This document shows positions 47,644-54,904 of a DNA stretch of 64,000 bases, one piece after another. Source of the DNA: a virus. The DNA lies in IMG/VR virus record IMGVR_UViG_3300003690_003155, positions 32,001 through 96,000 of that record; one strand, written 5' to 3'. A program made the position numbers and the translations under genes. Every line of letters begins with the position of its first letter. Within the stretch, counting starts at the first letter, position 1. A model generated the notes under the pieces. It was not told the DNA's origin. It was given only the letters and a program-made list of their open reading frames with translations, and did no database searches.

Positions 47644-48486
47644 ATGAGTAACGCTCTAGAGCACATATTAAATAAAATTAACGAAGCTCAATTAATTCAA
47701 GATCCATGGCCATATTTGTTCATCGAGGAGTATGTACCGGAGTCATTTTATAAAAAACTCATTAACGAAACCACTAGTATCCATTTCCAAATTGGAGCGA
47801 GTCGTCGTCAAATACAAGAAGTATTAAATACCTGGTACGATATTTCCCCTATATCGAGTAATTATGGTGGTGAGACATTACAGGAGTATTGTGATATTGT
47901 TTCTAGTAAAGACTTGCAGGATGCTATTTACCTTAAATTTGCTGATTTTCTAAAAAAATATGGGCATGTTAATTATGTTAATAAGTCACAAGATATAGTT
48001 GGTGTTGTAACTGAATATGATGTTATAACTAGAGGGTGGAAATATCCAATACACTCAGATATAAAGAAAAAACTTTTTACTCATTTGCATTACTTAGCGG
48101 TTGAAGGTGATGATAAATCTATAGGAACACGATTGTATCCTAATACAGGAAAAGGAAACTCATTAGATTTTGATAAAGATTGTTTGATGACGCTACCTTA
48201 TCTTCCTAATAGTGTATTAATATTTTGCCCGAGTAATGTGAACGAACATAGAACTAATCATGCAGTATGTCATAGATCTAAACAAACAAACTATAGAAGA
48301 TCTCTTCACACATTTTATCACTGTGAGTTCCCGGCACCACCATTAGATCAAATAGATAAATGGGCATTAGTACCTGAAAATAAAAATTTAGGATATTATT
48401 ATACTGTTGAGAAGGAATATATGTACAATCGCTCTCGTCTCGCAAAAGAGCAAGTAAGTATATTTGGATCTGTTAAATTATTTTAA
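47644..48486 (+). CDS. 2OG-Fe(II) oxygenase-like protein
   Basis: DPWPYL, PIHSD (HxD), LHYL, GTRLY, YLPNS, TNHAV, RRSL. Start moved from TTG 47620 to ATG 47644. Confidence 0.75.
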   Translation: MSNALEHILNKINEAQLIQDPWPYLFIEEYVPESFYKKLINETTSIHFQIGASRRQIQEVLNTWYDISPISSNYGGETLQEYCDIVSSKDLQDAIYLKFADFLKKYGHVNYVNKSQDIVGVVTEYDVITRGWKYPIHSDIKKKLFTHLHYLAVEGDDKSIGTRLYPNTGKGNSLDFDKDCLMTLPYLPNSVLIFCPSNVNEHRTNHAVCHRSKQTNYRRSLHTFYHCEFPAPPLDQIDKWALVPENKNLGYYYTVEKEYMYNRSRLAKEQVSIFGSVKLF

Positions 48487-49116
48487 GTCTCTTACAAAAT
48501 CATAGAACTCTTGTCTCGTAAGATCTCCTTTATCTAAAAATGCACCTGACATTCTAGCAGTTTTCATTGTACTATTGTGCTTAACTCCTCTAACACACGC
48601 ACACATATGATCTGCTTCTACTAGAACCGCAACTCCTTTATTTTGTTCAGCCACAAGATCAATGTGTTTATGAATTTGCATAGTTAAATTCTCTTGTACT
48701 TGTGGCCTACGCGCAAACCATTCAACGATTCTATTCAACTTACTGAGTCCGATAACCTTTCCTTCTTTACCAGGTATATAAGATACATGAGCAAAACCGA
48801 CAAATGGTAAGTGATGATGAGAGCAAAAAGAATGTACTGTAATATTACCTTGAAAAACTAAACCATCGTACTTATCGACGTTATCAAACGCTGTTATTTT
48901 AGGAGGCTCGTTATAACACCCTTCCGCTAGGTCATTGACAAATGCTTTTGCCACCCGTCTCGGTGTGTCTGCGCTATTAGGATCGTTTCTCCAGTCGAAC
49001 CCTAAGGCATCCATATATCCCTCGTACGCCTTTGCAGCGCTATTAATAATATTTTCTTTTTCTTCTCGAGTTCTAGGTCGATTTTGATTGGCGTATTGAA
49101 GTAAAACCTCATTCAT
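48478..49116 (-). CDS. folE: GTP cyclohydrolase I
   Basis: TPRRVAK, SFCSHHHLPF, GLSKLNR, RRPQVQE, HMCACVRGV. Start placed at ATG 49116 from promoter spacing. Confidence 0.97.
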   Translation of the reverse strand: MNEVLLQYANQNRPRTREEKENIINSAAKAYEGYMDALGFDWRNDPNSADTPRRVAKAFVNDLAEGCYNEPPKITAFDNVDKYDGLVFQGNITVHSFCSHHHLPFVGFAHVSYIPGKEGKVIGLSKLNRIVEWFARRPQVQENLTMQIHKHIDLVAEQNKGVAVLVEADHMCACVRGVKHNSTMKTARMSGAFLDKGDLTRQEFYDFVRDLK

Positions 49117-49123
49117 ATGAATC

Positions 49124-49162
49124 ATTATAATATAATTGAATTATAAATCAACTAATTAAATA
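49124..49162. promoter_or_regulatory. Back-to-back sigma70-like (-) and late (+) promoters
   Basis: Minus strand: TTGATT-N16-TATAAT-N7-ATG(49116). Plus strand: TAAATA(49157-49162)-N5-GTG(49168). Confidence 0.65.
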
Positions 49163-49167
49163 ATTAT

Positions 49168-50076
49168 GTGGATTATGTTATTTTAAATAATGGTTGTTCT
49201 TTTTCTGCAGATTGGTCTTCGCATCGATATGGCGATAAAATCGGTGAGGACCATATATTAAGTGAACGTGACCAATTTGGCCGACGTAATCGGCCCCCAA
49301 AAGTCGTGGCACGCTCAAAATCATGGAATTGGACTACGTATTGTAAATACTTATCTGGAAAAATATATAATATTGCGATGGGTGGTACAGGTATTGAATC
49401 AGATAGATTAGCTAGTTTTATTAATGACGTTGATACTGGGCGCACCCACCGTAAGAACCTATATACATTTCAGGACAATTTTGAACCGACGGTACCATCA
49501 CCGGGTCCAGGTCAGCGTAACTCGATCCCAGCAGATCTTAAGTTAACACATTTTATTTATCAGCTGCCGTCATTATGTCGGCAAGTCATCCATACAACAT
49601 TAAATTATGAAGATTTTTTAAAGGCGCCTATAGGTTTACGTGAGGCGTGGGAGGATTATAGAAAATCTTTATCAGAGCCGTATGATCATGCAGCAGAAAA
49701 ACATAAATTTAAAAACAAAGAAGATTTATGGCGCAATGTTGCAGCACAATCATCTAATTTAGAAAAATACGTAACAAAGGCATTAAGTTCAATCCATGAA
49801 AGCGTAACCATGGTCCGGGAGAAATGGCCGGATATAAAAATTATACTATTAAAATATACACATTCACATGAAAATAATGGAGTAATAATGGAATTTAGTA
49901 AAGATTTTTATAAAAATGATGTACGTAAGTACTGTGATGATAATAATGTTACGTATATATATGAACATACCTTTAATACCAATTGGTTTGCCGAGCATGG
50001 GTTAGCAAATGACCGTCGCCACCCTAATGAAGCCGGAGCGAGACTTATAGCGAGTAAAGTTAAAGAATATTTATGA
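49168..50076 (+). CDS. SGNH/GDSL-like hydrolase or acyltransferase
   Basis: Block I NGCSFS, YNIAMGG, block V DRRHPNEAG. Confidence 0.7.
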   Translation: MDYVILNNGCSFSADWSSHRYGDKIGEDHILSERDQFGRRNRPPKVVARSKSWNWTTYCKYLSGKIYNIAMGGTGIESDRLASFINDVDTGRTHRKNLYTFQDNFEPTVPSPGPGQRNSIPADLKLTHFIYQLPSLCRQVIHTTLNYEDFLKAPIGLREAWEDYRKSLSEPYDHAAEKHKFKNKEDLWRNVAAQSSNLEKYVTKALSSIHESVTMVREKWPDIKIILLKYTHSHENNGVIMEFSKDFYKNDVRKYCDDNNVTYIYEHTFNTNWFAEHGLANDRRHPNEAGARLIASKVKEYL

Positions 50077-50192
50077 GAAAGATATGGTTTAAAATTAGAA
50101 TTAGATATGCGCAATTAAAGCAGTGGCTTTATTGTAAAATTAAAAAAGTAAAAAACAAGCCTGATGATCCTAATATATATCCTTTTTGGTAG
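50073..50192 (+). CDS. Small basic peptide (39 aa)
   Basis: MRKIWFKIRIRYAQLKQWLYCKIKKVKNKPDDPNIYPFW; ATGA overlap with the upstream gene; exactly fills the gap; below the ORF-track cutoff. Confidence 0.7.
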   Translation: MRKIWFKIRIRYAQLKQWLYCKIKKVKNKPDDPNIYPFW

Positions 50193-50197
50193 TTAGC

Positions 50198-50893
50198 GTG
50201 AAATATTGTATATTAAATAATGGGTGCTCTCATTCAGCAAAGACTATATCTACTCGAACTTCTTATTGTGATTTTTTACCTGGAGATGTATATAATATCG
50301 CATCACCAAATTCTGCGATTGAATGTCTTACATTAAAAGATTTTTTATATGAAAACAACGATATAATGTTAACACATTATATATATCAAATACCATCTCC
50401 GATTAGACAGTTACAATATGCAGGATTAAGCGACGATGGATTTTCGAAAACACCTATGGATGTAGTAGGTGATGTACAAAAACATATTAATATAATTTGT
50501 AATCATTACCGCAGCCAAGCAAAGTCTCATGGGACTTGGAATTCCCGGAGTCCAACCCCGATAACTAAAATTATACTTTTACGGTATGAAGAAACTAAAT
50601 ACCCTCTCATTTATGAATTTGGTAATAGTGATATTACGGATATTGAAAAAAATGATCCACTTGAGTATTGGTTTTATATTTGCGTTAGATTTTTTACGTC
50701 AGCTTTTTATAGAGACTTATTAGATTTAAGACGTGGTTTCCATAGAACAAATTTTTATAATGTTAGATATATATATGAAAATGATTTTAATACAGAACAG
50801 TTTAAGACTAACGGGTGGGCTAATGATGAATATGGTCATCCAAACGAAATAGGCGCTAAAATAATAGCTGATAAAATTAAGGAGTATATATAA
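50198..50893 (+). CDS. SGNH-like paralogue
   Basis: NGCSHS, LTHYIYQIPS, DEYGHPNEIG. GTG 50198 aligns with the paralogue start. Confidence 0.7.
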   Translation: MKYCILNNGCSHSAKTISTRTSYCDFLPGDVYNIASPNSAIECLTLKDFLYENNDIMLTHYIYQIPSPIRQLQYAGLSDDGFSKTPMDVVGDVQKHINIICNHYRSQAKSHGTWNSRSPTPITKIILLRYEETKYPLIYEFGNSDITDIEKNDPLEYWFYICVRFFTSAFYRDLLDLRRGFHRTNFYNVRYIYENDFNTEQFKTNGWANDEYGHPNEIGAKIIADKIKEYI

Positions 50894-50908
50894 AGAGTAA
50901 AATATAAC

Positions 50909-50936
50909 TTGATAAAGAGAGTTTTTAATATATAAT
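50909..50936 (+). promoter_or_regulatory. Sigma70-like promoter for queD-queE
   Basis: TTGATA-N16-TATAAT-N6-ATG. Confidence 0.7.
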
Positions 50937-50942
50937 AAATAT

Positions 50943-51443
50943 ATGAGTTTTATTAGTACGAAAATTCTTGAACTTGGTAGCTGTGCTTTTCGGCAACCTA
51001 ATGCAGAATCTCACTGTAGATATCTACACGGTTATAGACTAACAGCTAAGTTTTGGTTTAAAGCTAACCAGTTAGATGAGAACAATTGGGTAGTAGATTT
51101 CGGCAGTCTCGGTCACTTAAAAAAGCTTCTTAAGGATCAATTTGATCACATTACAGTTATAGATAAAAATGATCCTTATATTGATAGTTTTAAAGGCCTC
51201 GCTGATGCCGGAGTATTAGATTTACGAGTAATGGATGGAGTTGGTATCGAAAAATTTGCTCAATATTGCTTTAAAGTAAGCAATGACTTTATTTCAGAAC
51301 AATCTGAAGGGAGATGTTGGGTGGATAAAGTTGAAGTTTTTGAACATGAAAACAATTCTGCTATATATACAGAGAATATTACTACTACGATGAGATTTGC
51401 TGCTGATCCAGAAGCTGGATACCAAAACGCATGCGTTTGTTAA
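50943..51443 (+). CDS. queD: 6-carboxytetrahydropterin synthase
   Basis: SHCRYLHGY, WVVDFG, QFDH, GIEKFA, VFEHENNSA. Confidence 0.9.
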   Translation: MSFISTKILELGSCAFRQPNAESHCRYLHGYRLTAKFWFKANQLDENNWVVDFGSLGHLKKLLKDQFDHITVIDKNDPYIDSFKGLADAGVLDLRVMDGVGIEKFAQYCFKVSNDFISEQSEGRCWVDKVEVFEHENNSAIYTENITTTMRFAADPEAGYQNACVC

Positions 51444-51447
51444 TGAA

Positions 51448-51612
51448 ATGGGTAAAGGAAGCAAAAGAAGACGCAAAGAGGATATAGGAGAAATTGTTTC
51501 CAATTGGGATGAAATCGATTGGGGATATATAATGTTTACTAAAGACGAAGAAGCCGAAAAAGAAAAAAATGAGCGAAAAGGAATCAGAGATACTAAACGT
51601 CGACGGAAATGA
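51448..51612 (+). CDS. Small charged protein (54 aa)
   Basis: MGKGSKRRRKEDIGEIVSNWDEIDWG...; ATG 4 nt after the queD stop. Confidence 0.6.
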   Translation: MGKGSKRRRKEDIGEIVSNWDEIDWGYIMFTKDEEAEKEKNERKGIRDTKRRRK

Positions 51613-52339
51613 TACAATTTATCTATCAGATGATAAGATATTTTATACAGTAGAAGGAGAAGGCGAACTTATAGGCTACCCTTCTGTGTTTATGCGACTT
51701 TCGATGTGTAACTTAACATGTCAAGGATTTGCGTCAGAAGCCTCACCTCATGGATGTGATAGTTTTATTTCTTGGAGGGTAAAAAACAAACTTACATTAA
51801 AAGAGGTACTTGATTTTCTCGAGAGTAGTGGCTATAAAGATCATTTATACAACGGTGCTATATTAAAGATTACTGGAGGTGAGCCCTTAGTACAGCAAAA
51901 GGCATTATTACGCTTTTTAAGTTATATGGAAGTTGAATGGGGATGGGTTCCTCGTATAGATTTTGAAACTAATGCAACTATTTTACCTGATAAAGAATGG
52001 ACGAGAGTAGCTGCTACGTTTACCACATCCCCTAAAATGAGTAATAATGGTGACCCTGTAGATAGACGATATAAACCTACAGTATTAGAGTGGCATGCTC
52101 TAATGGGATCTGGTTTTAAGTTTGTTATTAATCAAGAATCAGATATAGATGAAGTTTTTGGTAAATATGTTGTACCGTTTGATATACCTACAGGCAGGGT
52201 ATGGTTAATGCCTTGTTGCGGTAGTAGAGAAGAGCATATAGAAAAGGCTCCTATGGTTGCTGAACTAGCTAAGAGGTATAGATTTAACTTTAGCCCACGA
52301 CTTCATTTATTAGTATGGGATATGGCTTTAAAAGTTTAA
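51569..52339 (+). CDS. queE: 7-carboxy-7-deazaguanine synthase (radical SAM)
   Basis: IFYTVEGEG, FMRLSMCNLTC...GCDS (extended Cys motif), ITGGEP, ETN, TSPK, SPRLH. Confidence 0.94.
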   Translation: MSEKESEILNVDGNDTIYLSDDKIFYTVEGEGELIGYPSVFMRLSMCNLTCQGFASEASPHGCDSFISWRVKNKLTLKEVLDFLESSGYKDHLYNGAILKITGGEPLVQQKALLRFLSYMEVEWGWVPRIDFETNATILPDKEWTRVAATFTTSPKMSNNGDPVDRRYKPTVLEWHALMGSGFKFVINQESDIDEVFGKYVVPFDIPTGRVWLMPCCGSREEHIEKAPMVAELAKRYRFNFSPRLHLLVWDMALKV

Positions 52340-52356
52340 TTAAATAAATATTAAAT

Positions 52357-53040
52357 ATGAGAATTGCAATTAGCGGGACTGGGTGTCAAGGTAAAACTAC
52401 TCTTATAAGAGATTTTCTTGATCAATGGCCTTCTTATACTACATCAAAAAAAACTTATAGAGATGTTATTAAAGACACCAACCTCTCTCATTCATCAAAA
52501 ACAAATGAAGACACACAATGGGATATTCTTAATTTTATGATTGATGAATTACAAAAAACTAAAAAAGGAGATAAAGTTATTTTCGATAGATGTCCTTTAG
52601 ATAATTTAGTTTATAGTATCTGGTCAAATGAAAAGAAGAATTCTGATATTACACAGAAATTTATTAAAAAGTGTATACCATTAGTTAGAGAAACCTTAAG
52701 ATTTATTGATATTATATTTTTTACTCCCATTACTAAAGTAGCTCCCGTAGAAATAGAAGAAGATGAGTTAAGAGACTCTGATTTAGAGTTTATAGAAGAA
52801 GTTGATCATTTATTTAAAGCAATTCATAGAGACCATCAGACTAATTCTAACAGTAATTTCTTTGTTGATGATGATAAGCCTGCTATGCTTGAAGTATTTG
52901 GAAATAGAAGAGAGCGTATAGAAATAATTAAATTATATCTTGACGAAGATGGTGACTTGATACAGCCAGGTAATATTATTGATGAAGAAACATTACATGA
53001 AATGGAAAAGATGAAGAAAGCCTTTAATGTAAAAGATTAA
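52357..53040 (+). CDS. P-loop nucleotide kinase-like protein (AAA_28 / dNMP kinase-like)
   Basis: MRIAISGTGCQGKTT, FDRCPLDNLVY, DELR. Confidence 0.8.
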   Translation: MRIAISGTGCQGKTTLIRDFLDQWPSYTTSKKTYRDVIKDTNLSHSSKTNEDTQWDILNFMIDELQKTKKGDKVIFDRCPLDNLVYSIWSNEKKNSDITQKFIKKCIPLVRETLRFIDIIFFTPITKVAPVEIEEDELRDSDLEFIEEVDHLFKAIHRDHQTNSNSNFFVDDDKPAMLEVFGNRRERIEIIKLYLDEDGDLIQPGNIIDEETLHEMEKMKKAFNVKD

Positions 53041-53048
53041 ATAATTAT

Positions 53049-53240
53049 ATGACTGATTATGATAACTTATGTGAGAGGTATATGACGAGACAAGTTCGGT
53101 CTTTTTATCCTCGTAAATTTGAACTTTCACAAGAATTTATTGAAGCATTTAAATTAGAATATTCAAGATTATCTGAATCGGGTCAAAATAGAAGAACTCT
53201 CTTAGAGAGAATACGTAAAGCATTATCCTTTCATCTTTAA
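53049..53240 (+). CDS. Hypothetical late protein (63 aa)
   Basis: TAAATA-N5-ATG. Confidence 0.65.
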   Translation: MTDYDNLCERYMTRQVRSFYPRKFELSQEFIEAFKLEYSRLSESGQNRRTLLERIRKALSFHL

Positions 53241-54023
53241 TTTCTGTAAAACTCTAACAATATATTTTAATATTTCAGATCTTACAATATCTACTTCATC
53301 AAATTTAAACGTATATATACCGTGGTCATAAGATTCCTTTTTATTAAACCCACGTATAATTGACTCAAAACCAGATTTAGTTCCTATATCGCTCTGTTGG
53401 GTATCACCAGTAACTATATATTTTGTACCTTCACCAAACCTTGTTAATATTGTAGTTAACTCTACTTGTGTTAAATTTTGAGCTTCATCTACAATAACAC
53501 ATGCATTATTAAATGTTAATCCCCGTACATAATTAACAGGTACGCACTTGATATACTCTTCTGCTATTAAGCTGGATGCTATCGATTTATCGATAAATTC
53601 AGTTAATTTCTCAAATAAAGGAAAACACCAGGGTAAAAATTTTTCATCGATTTCTCCTGGAAGAGACCCCATACTTTTTGATGCAGACTCTACAATACTC
53701 CTAATATAAACAATTTCTTGTACTTTATGTGTACGTAATAATTGTAATGCTATATATACTGAAAGATATGTTTTTGCTGAACCCGCAGGTCCGTCAACAA
53801 CCGCCATTTTACAATTATCCTTAAAGCAAGTTTCGAGAAACTGGTCGTGAATAGGAGTTATTTCGTATTTTTGCTTAACATCAAAATCTAAGAATCTATT
53901 TTTTTGTATACTTTCTTCAATTTCGTTATTTTTTATTACTGTTTTTATACTAACTCGTCGCCCGCTGAGCGTAGTCCTTTTAGTTGAGTTAGAAGCCGCC
54001 GGAACACGTCCCTTTCTAGCCAT
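53223..54023 (-). CDS. phoH: PhoH-like ATPase
   Basis: GPAGSAKTY, GSLPG, YVRGLTF, IVDEAQN, LTRFG, GDTQQSD, DIVRS. Confidence 0.95.
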   Translation of the reverse strand: MARKGRVPAASNSTKRTTLSGRRVSIKTVIKNNEIEESIQKNRFLDFDVKQKYEITPIHDQFLETCFKDNCKMAVVDGPAGSAKTYLSVYIALQLLRTHKVQEIVYIRSIVESASKSMGSLPGEIDEKFLPWCFPLFEKLTEFIDKSIASSLIAEEYIKCVPVNYVRGLTFNNACVIVDEAQNLTQVELTTILTRFGEGTKYIVTGDTQQSDIGTKSGFESIIRGFNKKESYDHGIYTFKFDEVDIVRSEILKYIVRVLQKLKMKG

Positions 54024-54070
54024 ATCTTTAATTATTTAATTGATTTATACCGATTATAAACTAAAATATT

Positions 54071-54904
54071 ATGGTGGATATACTGTTATCATGTTTATCG
54101 TTTAAGGAATATACAGGTTCAGAGATTTATTTTTATGAAATAGCTACCGCACTACATAAAGCGGGTCATAATGTACGTCTTTTTTCACCTATTCACGGCT
54201 CACCGCTCGTTGATAAAGTAGACAATGTATTTTTCGCAGATAGATATAACGTAGATAACGTCCAGTATGATGTAGTTATATTTTCACACGGAAATGTTAT
54301 ATGGGACTATATAAAAAACGTTAAGGCAAAAAAATTTATAAATGTTGTTCATTCAGAAGTTCTAGAATTAGAAGAACCACTTATTAATTCAAAAGTAAAT
54401 CTATACGTAGGGATAAGACCATCAATTGTTGAATTTATTAAAAATAAAATAACTAACGGTGAAGTTAAATTAATATATAATCCATTTGATTTTGATAGAT
54501 TTAATTCTAAAAAATGTAAGAAGAATAATAAAAAAGATAAAACAGTCCTCTTTCCAGGAAGCTTGGATTATTTACGATATAAACCGTTAAAATATTTACT
54601 TGATCTCTCTGAAAAACAAAATTTTAAAGTTATGCACGTCGGTAGAAACGACTATTCTATAGACCACCCTAATTTTATCACCTATGAGCCTACTTGGAAG
54701 GTGGAAAAATATTATAAAAAATGCGATATTGTATCAGGTATATTTTTAGGCCGAACTTCTATAGAGGGACTATTATGTGGTAAAAAGATATTACAATTTG
54801 ATGTTGATAATAAAGGTAATATAAAACAAGTATATTGGCATACTGAAGATAATTTACAAAAATTTAATAAACATACAATAGCAAAACAACTTCTCTGTGA
54901 ATAA
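54071..54904 (+). CDS. GT-B (GT4-like) glycosyltransferase
   Basis: YTGSEIYFYEIA...GHNV, IYNPFDFDRF, GRTSIEGLLCGK. Confidence 0.8.
   Translation: MVDILLSCLSFKEYTGSEIYFYEIATALHKAGHNVRLFSPIHGSPLVDKVDNVFFADRYNVDNVQYDVVIFSHGNVIWDYIKNVKAKKFINVVHSEVLELEEPLINSKVNLYVGIRPSIVEFIKNKITNGEVKLIYNPFDFDRFNSKKCKKNNKKDKTVLFPGSLDYLRYKPLKYLLDLSEKQNFKVMHVGRNDYSIDHPNFITYEPTWKVEKYYKKCDIVSGIFLGRTSIEGLLCGKKILQFDVDNKGNIKQVYWHTEDNLQKFNKHTIAKQLLCE

Noticed and set aside
48478-52339. folE/queD/queE as folate or tRNA-queuosine auxiliary metabolic genes
   Set aside because: No QueF, TGT, QueA or folate genes in the window. In phages this gene set is better explained by DNA modification, though a tRNA role is not formally excluded.
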